Shown here one piece after another: positions 50,749-62,410 of a stretch of 64,000 bases of DNA. The notes under the pieces were generated by a model that saw only the letters and a list, made by a program, of their open reading frames with translations, was not told the DNA's origin and ran no database searches. The position numbers and the translations under genes are program-made. Source of the DNA: Laetmonice hystrix. Taxonomy: Eukaryota. Position 1 is the stretch's first letter. Each line of letters begins with the position of its first letter. The stretch is from NCBI GenBank assembly GCA_965235115.1, contig OZ249436.1, positions 49,602,001 to 49,666,000 on the forward strand. The letters are read 5' to 3'.

Positions 50749-53700
50749 TTAAATAGGCCTCTATTCTGTCACTCCAGCAAATGGGAACAGAGAAGATGGT
50801 CATATATATGGTGGTTCTATGACACTGGAGACAGCAGTTAAACTTACAAGCGCCGATCTATTTGTCCATTAATGGCAAAATGACAAAATGTAGGTTTTAA
50901 ACGGTTTCCAATACTTATTAAATTGAGGCACTGCCTATACTGCTTAAAATGGTCATTTTCTTAAAGCAGAACCTATAATTCATTCTGACAGTATGTCGAG
51001 CCTTTTCACTGAATCATCTGTGCACTGATTGGAAATGTCGCCAAACTAATTTCATTAACCAATTAATGTCTAAAAGATTATATTTTGTCACCAGTTCCAC
51101 CTATTCTACAGCGAAAATATACGATGTACTTCACTTTCTAAGCATTCACGTCTGCCATTAGTGCAGTAATAGAGTTTGATACGTAATTATTACATTCACT
51201 TAATACCGGTCACTAACTGTCATATCCAACCCATCTACGTGCTTCCATACAAGTTGTGTGCTGTGACTTAATACACGCTCTCTAAGCGAATACACTGCAG
51301 GATGTAGAAATGAACCTTGTCATTTCAAATTTGTATTAATAATCTCAGTCTAATCACATTACTTGAACTGATTTCTGGCTCCGCTGAAATTTTGGTACCA
51401 GTATGAATTCTATACAGTGCTTCTTTAAGACGAGTCGGGCACAATTCGTTTGTCATGTCTCCGTGGTGGCTCGCTCGCAAATGACCTTCGCCGTGTGAGC
51501 CCTGGCCTCCGGTCGTAACTCCGGTTGGGCGTCTACACCGCCAGTTGGGGGGTTTAACCCCGCCATTTGTAGATCTCGATCCGTGGAGCTGGGCTTTGGG
51601 AGGGAGGGGGGATGTTGAGCATACGTTGCCAGATGACAGGAGTAGGTGTGACGTTTACACTGACTGTTCTGTGGGCCCCTGAGGCAGTGCTGGTGTTGAG
51701 GATCGATGTTGGCCCGGATTACATAGTCCAGTGGGATTAATCATCGAAACAATCACCTCATTTGGAGCAGAGAATGGTCGTACATATAAACCGCTTTCCA
51801 TCCATGACGTAACGTGTGGCAGAAATGGCGAGGGAGGAGAGTTCGTGTTGACACGAACATGTCACCGCTGTGTTACAGGCTGTGCAAACAGCAGTGCCTT
51901 TGTACCCTCGTTAATATAAACAGTGAGACTTTATCGGGGATTATGTGGTTCAGAGATATTTATTGATGAAAAACTGTCTATTTGTAGAACATTTTAACTA
52001 ACTGATGTATAGGCCTACACCAACAGATGTTCTCTCAAAGAATCTCCCATGTCCTAACAGTCCAAAAGCAGCTGCATTTTTTTGCAAGCCTTTAGAAGTA
52101 CATGGACATAAATGTCATGTTTGGCGGGACCTTACTCCATAATGTACACAACACATTGTCTATGGAGCCAAGGGCCGTCCGGTTTCCGTACCCTTGCTGT
52201 GTGCAGCTGGCACACCGACGCTCCAGTCTGAAGGAGGCTGCCTCTGTTTAAACATGTAGGAGACACATATTTAGCTGGCTTTCTCCTGGATCAATACCTC
52301 AGAGGGCAAACCTAATAATCGTCCGTTGCTGAATAAAGCGCCGCCACTCACAGCAAGCAAACCGTAGCTTTGCATAGGTTGCTTCTTCAGGTCTGTGGTA
52401 TGGGACTGATGGGTCTGATGGCATAACCAAGTCAAACGTTATAGGTCATGCCTTCTAGCATTCCTTTTTTGGGAGACAATGTCAGATGCTAGGTAATATA
52501 AATAAGATACGTCAGTTAGCAGGGAAGGGGAGTCAGTCAATGAAGGTGAGGTGCAGGCGGTTTGTTATTCGAGCCCATCAACAGCGTCAGGATTTGAAAG
52601 ACTAAGGTGGCAGGGGACTATATTAACAAAGGTGAATGTATTGGGGGATGCCACGCACATTCCACCAGAATTGTGGGTGCTCTCAGGTAGGCCCTCGGCA
52701 AAGAGTTGTTTTTTTTAGATCTTAATCAATGCCTCGGAATGGAGACTCATTGCATGGACAAGAACGTTGTAAAACATCTTTTGTTTATGACTCGTCCACT
52801 GATTACTTTTTTGCACTATGCCTCTTCCCAACCTCCAGGTTGTGTTTAGTGTAGGGCCTACGTAGATCTACTAGAAACGTTATTTAGGACAACTTGTACT
52901 GATGTCAAAATTCAAAACCTCTTCTGAATAAGATTTTGCTCTCAAGGATAATTATTGTTCCTCCTAAGTTCCCGTTCGAAGAAGAGGTCCAAAGTCTAGA
53001 GGGGGTCACTGGTCAAGGTTCTCGTTTCCACAAAGTTAAACGATCCACAGCCAACAGGAGTCGCCCTGAATCAATGTGACGTCGCGTCGTCGACGTCTGC
53101 TCGAGGTCGGTGTCTCATTCCGTATTCTCCGCTCATAAAGCCGTCTCTGCTAGCCGTTAATCACTGTGTAACCGGCCAGAAGGAGGTGCCAGTGACGGTT
53201 GCAATATTCACCAGTTATATACGACCTTCATTTTATACGAAGGGGACATTTGGTGGCTGAGAGTGTTGTTCCGTACCAAGCCACTTAATGTCTCGACCTC
53301 TTTGGGTTCTCCCTGGCTGAGGTTGTTACGGAAGGTCGGCTTTAGGCGCTTTCACCACCTAGGCCTACATTGGATTATGTTTGTCAAGAGAAGTTTCATG
53401 AGCTGTTTATTATTCACTGACACAGAAATAATAAATAACTCATGACATTGTTTCTGGTTAATACACATTTACATGTTCCTATTTTTGGTCAATAAATAAA
53501 TGAATAACATGCATTGATTTAATTCAACTCTTCCTGCATTGGTCACAAATTGCTTCCTGACCCAATTTCAAAGGTCAGATTACACAGCTGCGGTATCTGC
53601 ACATTGTCAAATAGAAGAATGACAATCCTGGCTGTCAGCCAGCCTCATAAACCAGTTCAGCTTCTAAACCAAAACACATAAACAAAAGGCATAGAGTCTA

Positions 53701-54226
53701 GGCGATACAAAAACGCTCTCCTCACCAGGCCCCTATATAACTATGGGGCAGGTGGAAGGGCCTTGGAGAGATCTTCGCCCCCGGAGAAAACATGTATTTT
53801 TTCATCACTCCTGAGAGAAAGCCAACCCCCCACCACCACCACCACCACACACACTAAATGTGACGTCAACGTGACGGATGTAGGTGTTTACATGCAAATC
53901 TCCGCAACTAATTTGTTGGAAATGATAAATTGGGGCATTGTAGTGCGGAAAATGACATATTTACTCAGCCTAGCACTCTTGTCTTCACAAATTCTGAACT
54001 CAGAAGTAAGGTTGGCTCATACAATGTCTCTGTAGGACATTGGGAATATTTATTGATGTTGTCGATCTACTGGGTTGGATTGATTGTAAATTAGTAAAAT
54101 GAAACGATTGCGATAAAGATGAAGTTGGTTCACATTAGCATGAATGTTGTTTTGTCTAATATTCAGGAATGATGTTGTTGAGCACGTCTACGTGTGTCGT
54201 TCTGATTCCATGTATGATACCTCGGC

Positions 54227-55629
54227 AAGTAAAGCTAGCATGGACCACGTTTGGTGGTAATCATGATACCTGCCGCTCTAACGTTGTTTGATTGTCCGTA
54301 AAGTAAAGCTTGCATGGACCACGTTTGGTGGTAATCATGATAGCTGCCGCTCTAACGTTGTTTGATTGTCCGTAAAGTATGCATGGATCCACGTTTGGTG
54401 GTAATCATGATACCTGCCGCTCTAACGTTGTTTGATTGTCCGTAAAGTAAAGCTTGCATGGACCACGTTTGGTGGTAATCATGATAGCTGCCGCTCTAAC
54501 GTTGTTTGATTGTCCGTAAAGTATGCATGGATCCACGTTTGGTGGTAATCATGATACCTGCCGCTCTAACGTTGTTTGATTGTCCGTAAAGTATGCATGG
54601 ATCCACGTTTGGTGGTAATCGTGATACCTGCCGCTCTAACGTCGTTTGATTGTCCGTAAAGTAAAGCTTGCATGGATCCACGTTTGGTGGTAATCATGAT
54701 ACCTGCCGCTCTAACGTTGTTTGATTGTCCTTAAAGTAAAGCTTGCATGGCTCCACGTTTGGTGGTAATCATGATACCTGCCGCTCTAACGTTGTTTGAT
54801 TGTCCTTAAAGTAAAGCTTGCATGGCTCCACGTTTGGTGGTAATCATGATACCTGCCGCTCTAACGTTGTTTGATTGTCCTTAAAGTAAAGCTTGCATGG
54901 ACCACGTTTGGTGGTAATCATGATACCTGCCGCTCTAACGTTGTTTGATTGTCCTTAAAGTAAAGCTTGCATGGCTCCACGTTTGGTGGTAATCATGATA
55001 CCTGCCGCTCTAACGTTGTTTGATTGTCCGTAAAGTAAAGCTTGCATGGCTCCACGTTTGGTGGTAATCATGATACCTGCCGCTCTAACGTTGTTTGATT
55101 GTCCGTAAAGTAAAGCTTGCATGGCTCCACGTTTGGTGGTAATCATGATACCTGCCGCTCTAACGTTGTTTGATTGTCCGTAAAGTAAAGCTTGCATGGA
55201 TCACGTTTGGTGGTAATCATGATAGCTGCCGCTCTAACGTTGTTTGATTGTCCGTAAAGTAAAGCTTGCATGGACCACGTTTGGTGGTAATCATGATACC
55301 TGCCGCTCTAACGTTGTTTGATTGTCCGTAAAGTAAAGCTTGCATGGATCACGTTTGGTGGTAATCATGATACCTGCCGCTCTAACGTTGTTTGATTGTC
55401 CGTAAAGTAAAGCTTGCATGGACCACGTTTGGTGGTAATCATGATAGCTGCCGCTCTAACGTTGTTTGATTGTCCGTAAAGTAAAGCTTACATTGATCCA
55501 CGTTTGGTGGTAATCATGATACCTGCCGCTCTAACGTTGTTTGATTGTCCGTAAAGTAAAGCTTGCATGTATCCACGTTTGGTGGTAATCATGATACCTG
55601 CCGCTCTAACGTTGTTTGATTGTCCGTAA
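54227..55629. repeat. ~70-75-bp minisatellite, ~19 copies
   Basis: Unit GTAAAGCTTGCATGG(A/CT)CCACGTTTGGTGGTAATCATGATACCTGCCGCTCTAACGTTGTTTGATTGTCCGTAAA. Confidence 0.97.
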
Positions 55630-56296
55630 TGTGAATAGTCCGTCTGAGATTTCACAGGTCACAGGTTTCTTGAACCAGGCTCGCCACACAACGGCCACCT
55701 TGAACGAAATGTGAATTTAATTATTTCTTAACCTGACCCTAGTGGTACTTGTAACGAGAATTGAGCTTAGCGATAAGCCCAATGTTATTTAGAGTCAATA
55801 CTGCAGGGCCTTGCCTTGCGGCCTCTCCTAGCCGGCTATTGTAGGTAACGGTGGTGGTGTCAAACACCAAGACATCCATTTCATTGCAAACTTGAGAGCC
55901 TAACCGCAAAAAGCCGCAATTGTTTCTCCAAAGGTTGTTTTTTAAACCAATTCTTGCCTTTAGCTTTAGCCCGGGAAGCGGTCAGCAACGTTTGTCTCTA
56001 GGGAGTCGTGGGATCGCATCTGCAGTACAGTTAGCTTTTCAAATCAAAGTCATGCGGTATGCATAGGCTTACCAGATTATAGAATATAAATTTTTATATA
56101 ACATTTTATATTAATGCTCCATTGCCTCTGTAACGGCAACAACAGAGCAGTGTTAGCACAATACTGATTGGTCGACTGGCGGGTGGCGGCATACGACTGC
56201 TCGACCCACAATTCTGTAGTAGTATAGGAGAATTGACGTTTGTAGCAGGCTGCCTACTCGGCCGATTAATGGCAGCCTCACCATGCAATGGTAACC

Positions 56297-56790
56297 TGGT
56301 CTTTTACGGAACAGTAAAGTGGCAATATATCAGAGTGGATGCAAGCTCTGACATTTATATCGGTCAGTGCCATATACAAGTCGGTCCATTGTATCCTTAG
56401 GCGTCATAATGAACCAGATCTATATGATACATTCAGGGATACAATACATGGCTGACAATGAATATCGTCAGGTGATGTGTCTGTTGTATTTCCCTATGAC
56501 GACCAGCAGTGTTTGATACTAACAGTAACAGTAATATTAGTATGGGTGACAGTAATTTGACCTTCTGTCAACTCGGATCTAGGCAGTAATAGCATTGAAT
56601 CCATCTAACAAACGTCTCAGATTGATTTTTCAAAGTGTGGGTTGAGTTATCGTATGTCTCACTTTGTGGACAGAAATGAAGAAATTTGAAAGGCTGTAAA
56701 GGTGCGCATGGTGTAGTGAAAAGGGACATGATATCCAAAGCGACGAGAGGGTCTGCTCTTTGTTCAAGCTGAAGTGCCACAACCATACGA
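56297..56790 (+). pseudogene. Putative decayed Cys-loop ligand-gated ion channel (nAChR-like) extracellular-domain fragment
   Basis: Colinear motifs across frameshifts: YIRVDASSDIYI (56326-56361), GYNTWL (56437-56454), ISSGDVSVVFPYDDQQC (56462-56512) and PQPY (56777-56788). These resemble IRxxxxxxWxPDI, GxxxW, SSCxxxxxxFPFDxQxC and CCxxPY. Stops and indels are present. Confidence 0.5.
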
Positions 56791-57902
56791 CTAAATAAAT
56801 TCAAAACGTTTGCGATTCGTCCCCAACATCCCCTTATAGTTTCTGGCATAAAAAGGGACAGAATATGATAGGTCCTATAGCAGATTATGTTTGCTTCTAT
56901 CTATAAGTGTTAAATTCCAGATGAATTTATCTGCAGGAAAAAAACTCTGAGAGATTCATTGACAACTCACAGTAGTGACACAGTGTCACCTGATCAGAGC
57001 AAAATTCCCTTTGGCTCAAGTAAACCTACAATTCTCGTGTACGTAAACTTGAATGGCCAAATCAATGGGTTAAGTGTCAGGTTGTGGGCAGGCAGCCAAA
57101 GACAGCATGTACTTGGCACAGAGCTGTCAGTCAGAGTCAGGTCGGTTCTAACACGTTCTCCTGCTTTCATCAATTATCATTACGGTGGGCTGAAACGTTG
57201 GTGAAATGCCAGGCATAGACTTTAAATCATTTATCAAGCAGAACTCGCATTAAATGTCCAATATATGGTAGGATTCCGTGACTGCCTCCCGCATGGACCA
57301 TTCTGTTTCCTGGTTTCTCGTGGCCCACATACTCTCGTCCAGTCCATTCACAAACCACACGGGCCACGAGAGGGCGCCACTGGGCAGTAATTAAGATGTA
57401 AATCTGACCAACTCAATCATGTCGTTTGTCAGTTTAATCAAGCGTGTACATTGGAGATAATTTATGCCCATATACAAACAGATTAAATATCGCTTACTAT
57501 TATCGTGTATTATATTTGCCATGGTGCCGAGATTGAACCACAGATGTATGCCAGTATATTCAGAGACAGGGGGCAGTTGATGGATATTCTTCATGTGCCT
57601 CTTTAAGGAGAATTCTGTGTCTTCAACTTATTCATATTCAATGGACTCAATGTATTAACTTTTAAGGCCTGGGACCCCGCACTGCGCTTCCTTCGACTGA
57701 ATAATAGATGTCAGTAGCATTTCTTCCAGCGAGGATGAGGCCAGGAATAAAGAACGATTTCCTTAAGGATTGCTTAAAAAAAAATTCCTCGTACCATTTG
57801 GTTCTATAAGCCGCCAGTTTGATACGAAGTTGTCGACATTTCCACCAGAATATGTCGTTATTATGTAAAGGCATTAAGGTTTTCTGTGTTTTCTCTCTCC
57901 AG

Positions 57903-58071
57903 CGCCAAAAACGGCCAAGGCGGAGTTTACGACGAAGAAGGAGCATTGGAGCGTGGGTCGGACGGTGACCTTGAGGTGTAAGATCAGTGGGAACCCCCCG
58001 CCTACCGTCAGGTGGTACAAGGATCACAATATATTGGAGTCTGGTGGCAGGATCGCCATCAGGACCAACAG
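57903..58071 (+). CDS. Internal coding exon: N-terminal half of an Ig I-set domain, neuregulin/Vein-like
   Basis: Acceptor TTTCTGTGTTTTCTCTCTCCAG and donor AG|GTAAGT bound 169 bp, phase 1 to phase 2. The open frame xPKTAKAEFTTKKEHWSVGRTVTLRCKISGNPPPTVRWYKDHNILESGGRIAIRTN(R/S) carries the I-set motif G-x-x-V-x-L-x-C...GNP-x-P-x-V-x-W-x-K-D. The Ig call is strong. The neuregulin assignment is an inference from exon structure. Confidence 0.9.
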
Positions 58072-58784
58072 GTAAGTCTGTCCACTGCTGCACGCACAGA
58101 TCCAGGTGCTAGGGTAGACATGGGATCCAATCAACAGGTAAATCACTAGATATACAGCTGGTCTCGGACCAGCTGCAGCTAACAGTATCAATCTTCACCT
58201 GGCACATGTACTGAAATGGGCATTTCAGTTATGGATTTCTTGTTCGTAAAGACAAGGGTTGCTCAATATTTCATTGCACCAAGAGCGAACTCCATGAACG
58301 AATGTCGGTACTGTCAGATCGGAAAAGGCTGTGAACTTTATTTTTTATATTGATTCAGTTTGAAATTTTAGATCAAAAACTTATTCTGTTTTGTTTAATA
58401 AACCCACTGCTGCCGAGCATCATGAAGAGGAGTTATATCAGTATATGGTGTGCTCGTAGGACGAAACATGTCACAGAGAAATGTTCAGTGTTCAGTGTTC
58501 AGACCACATCAGATAACTCGTGCAGATCTCCTTCCAGCCCCGTGTGAGATGGTTTGCTGTACCGGGTACCCTGATTCAGGGTGAGGATCGTAAAGTACTG
58601 ATGGTGGTGGAATATTATATTTGGAGAGGGTGGGTGGAGGTTGGGGGGAGGTGCCTGAGTGTTGTTTGTTCTGGGTGTCGGGACGTGAAGAAGTCGTCAA
58701 TCATAGCGGCCTCGGTCAGAAAACGCCATTAGGTATTGTTTACGACAAGTATGAAGTTTTCTACTCGGAGAGATCCATTTACCT

Positions 58785-59055
58785 GGCCCACGTTAGTGGC
58801 AAGGTGTGTGAGTTTATGGGGCGGTAAGCGGGCCGGGCCGGGAGACCAGGGTCACGTTAGTGGCAAGGTGTGTGAGTTTATGGGGCGGTAAGCGGGCCGG
58901 GCCGGGAGACCAGGCCCACGTTAGTGGCGAGGTTTGTGAGTTTATGGGGTGGTAAGCGGGCCGGGCCGGGAGACCAGGCCCACGTTAGTGGCGAGGTATG
59001 GGAGGTTATGGGGCGGTAAGCGGGCCGGGCCGGGGCAGGCCGGGAGACCAGGCCC
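58785..59055. repeat. 64-bp GC-rich tandem repeat, ~4 copies
   Basis: CACGTTAGTGGC at 58789, 58853, 58917 and 58981. Confidence 0.95.
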
Positions 59056-60324
59056 GCATTCGTCATCTCCGAAACTACATGTGTCTACATGACTACAGCA
59101 AATACCCTCAAATTTAACGATACCATACTACCAGTATCTACAGAAGGTATACATGTACCCCGTATCTACGCTCAAACATGGCACAATCTGTTGAAAGTAG
59201 ACCCACCCTGATGGTACCTGCTTCACGATGGTGCCAATCTAAACACCCGTCCTCTCGTCTTGTGCTAACTTTGTAAAATATCAGGTTCACCAAAGTTCTG
59301 ACGCATCAGGATATCTGTCCAGTTATGGTTTGGACAAAGGCACCCTATAGAATTCACCTGTGTAAGGCATACCAACACTTCGCCAAATCAAAAGTTGCCA
59401 TAATTATGCCAACTTATTCAGCTACCTGGATCACCGCTCAAGTCTCCTCAGACCAGACTTTGTTTACATCGCCATTTTCTACCAGTTTGAAATTATCGCT
59501 GACTTCTACATCATCGGTCACGTGATGGGGATTCCTTGGTGGGTCATCGTCATTGGTTGTTCAAGTCAATGACAGGTCAACTATTTTGTCAACAACCGGC
59601 CATAAGACGATCGCTTCATAGCCACAACAGGCAACTGGAATGTTGAATTTCATGAGATTTCTCCATTTCTGTGGGTATACATGTATTGATTTATGTAGTC
59701 TAAGGCCTTATCTAACCCCATGTCTGCATTTTGGAGTCATTGAAATAAGAGATAGTTGTGGTTTGCCTTAAGGCTGTGTCCCATACGTGATCCTGATTCA
59801 CTCAAAGTATCTCGTATATGACGGTACCTATTTACCTGTCTACTCACAGATGTCTGTTTGATGTAATTGTTTGGGCTTCGGGTGTGGTGGTCTCCCTGAG
59901 TGTAAGGGTGACAGAACATATTCCCGGTCACATTAGGAAAAGGTTTCATTCATCTCAACCAGTTTTCTTTGATCTTTGTAATGTGATCTGCGAGGTGGAA
60001 ATGTTAACTATGAGAAGAAACAAGCGGATCCTCGTCACACCCAAGTCGTGTGATAGAAGGATATATTACAGACTCCCTGCCGGCTGCCGTAATGAGCCGA
60101 GCTGATTGTTTGCCCTCGGATGGACTGTGCATGTGGGTCGGCTACCTTTACACGCCAACAGGCCAACCAATAGATTCCGCAGCCAAGCACCTCCCGTACG
60201 GCCGGGCGTCAACCATTCACCGACACGTCCCAACCACTCGCTCATAATTGATGACTGAAAATGATGTCTCTAATCATGCCTTAATGGACGCGACTGTTGA
60301 AACAGGATTCCACTGACGGCAAGA

Positions 60325-60717
60325 TGTACGATGTATTACCGTACAGACGCTGTACACAGGGTGTGTACGATGTATTACCATACAGACGCTGTTCACAGGG
60401 TATGTACGATGTATTACCATACAGACGCTGTACACAGGGTGTGTACGATGTATTACCATACAGACGCTGTACACAGGGTGTGTACGATGTATTACCATAC
60501 AGACGCTGTACACAGGGTGTATACGATGTATTACCATACAGACGCTGTACACAGGGTGTGTACGATGTATTACCATACAGACGCTGTACACAGGGTGTGT
60601 ACGATGTATTACCATACAGACGCTGTACACAGGGGGTGTACGATGTATTACCATACAGACGCTATACACAGGGTGTGTACGATGTATTACCATACAGACG
60701 CTGTACACAGGGTGTAT
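60325..60717. repeat. 39-bp minisatellite, 10 copies
   Basis: Unit GTGTACGATGTATTACCATACAGACGCTGTACACAGGGT. Confidence 0.97.
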
Positions 60718-61324
60718 GCACAAACTGATAAAGGCAGTTGGCGATGGTGTACATACATTTTTATTATTAATTCCTACACATTCTATAGTGCCCCGCTCAG
60801 TGTTGTTTTTCCACGGTTTAATTGTAGTATTATGTTAATTTTATATCTCACTGTATACTAGATCCATTTTTTTTTAAAAGAACCGGATTCCCTCTGACGT
60901 GTTGTTAATTTACCTAGCATTGTTTATGCAGATTCCCTTATAAAAGATGGAAAACTAAACTAATATCAATACTATCTATTCCTGTCATCTCAGATTATAC
61001 CGTATGTTATATTTTTATAAAGAGTTTAAGTCTGATATGTAAATAGCATGAGAATCAGGAAGCAGGAGACGGGATTGTTTTCTTTGGTGCAGACAGTGAT
61101 GGCTGTTATAAAAGCCTGCCGGTTTAAAGGCGAAGTCATGGCACCAAACTGTCTCAGAACACAAAAGAACCCTTTAGTCTGGGAGCCAGCGTCCTAAAAT
61201 TTTGGTTTTGTTGCACCCCCTGGCAACATTGTACACCCTATTTTTTCTGAAAGTATGATATTTCAGGGGCAAAATGAGCCCGAGTGTGGGTTTCTATCAT
61301 ATTGCATAAGTGAGTAACAGCCCA

Positions 61325-61840
61325 AAATCAAAGATGGCCGCCATTTAACTGGAACCGGGCCATATTTCAGGTCCCAGCGGACAGATTTTGATAAAATTTG
61401 AGACAATTCTGAGGTTTATCCGGATGCTGAATCCATTTCTTACATTTTCAAAATTCAAGATGGCCGAAAAATCCAAGATGACGTCATTTAAACGGGAAAT
61501 GGCCATGTTTCAGCTGCAAGTGGAGCTATATTGATCAAGTTTGAGCTGATTTCCCGTTTAGATGACGGCCATCTTGGATTTGGTGGCCATCTTGAATTTT
61601 GGAAATGTCAGAAATGTATTCAGCATCTAGATAAACTTCGGAATCGACTCAAATTTCATCAAAATCGGGCCGCTGGGAGCTGAAATCCAGAAATCCAGCT
61701 ATTTTCAGTTAAATTGCCGCAATCTTGGATTTTTCGGCCATCTTGAATTTTGAAAATGTAAGAAATGGATTCAGCATGTCACAAATGGATTCAGCCTCTG
61801 TATAAACCTCGGAATCAGCTCAAACTTGATCAATATAGCT
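61325..61840. mobile_element. Foldback-like segment of ~150-bp units in head-to-head orientation, probable non-autonomous DNA transposon interior
   Basis: 61424-61479 is the exact reverse complement of 61722-61777, and 61524-61551 of 61813-61840. AAGATGGCCG motifs recur. True termini were not found. Confidence 0.7.
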
Positions 61841-62252
61841 TTTCGAACAACATGGTGACGTCATGACGTATGCTATTGGCCTCTCCATAGCGGAGTAATA
61901 CTACAAGTTGACATAACTCTTGGGAGTGCTTGTGGCCTGTGTGACTTGAGTACACTTAGCGCTGGGGCTTAGGTCATCGGGGTCACATTGAGGGGTACAC
62001 TGCAAACCGTTAACTGGTGGAGAACTCGGCTCAGTGGATGTCTTCGCGAACAGAGGTCAGAGAGGTTATGACAATGACAGACACCAGAGAGAAGCAGTCA
62101 GGAAACCATTTCTTTTGACAGAATAAACAGGGTCCCATAAAAATAGTACATGATTTGCAAAAGAATATAGATAAGAAATAATGCAGACCCTTGGCAATAA
62201 AAATTATAAATGCGCTTTGCCTTACTGAAAGGGGGAATGCATGCCATTTCTC

Positions 62253-62410
62253 GGTTATTCCCCCATGGTAACTTCCAGACAAAATCTTTGGGTCGGGGTT
62301 GGGGTTATAAGGTTAGGGATCTGGGAGGGACCGGGGTGAGGAGTTAGGGATAAGTTCTTTGCCTCTGACCAAATTTCGTGGGTTTTAAGTTACCATGGGG
62401 GATGTAACCC
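62253..62410. mobile_element. Small MITE with ~22-bp TIRs, telomere-like interior and 6-bp flanking duplication
   Basis: GGTTATTCCCCCATGGTAACTT / AAGTTACCATGGGGGATGTAACCC. TTTCTC at 62247-62252 and 62411-62416. Internal GGTTAGGG/AGTTAGGG motifs. Confidence 0.75.

Noticed and set aside
51440..51540. tRNA/SINE-like head
   Set aside because: The A and B boxes match poorly and no cloverleaf can be folded.
10003..60717. Regular 30-81-bp repeat arrays as CRISPR arrays
   Set aside because: Units are contiguous with no unique spacers, there are no cas genes, and the context is eukaryotic.
60274..60861. Three long ORFs over the 39-bp array
   Set aside because: A 3n unit lacking stops explains them, and there are no splice or expression signals.
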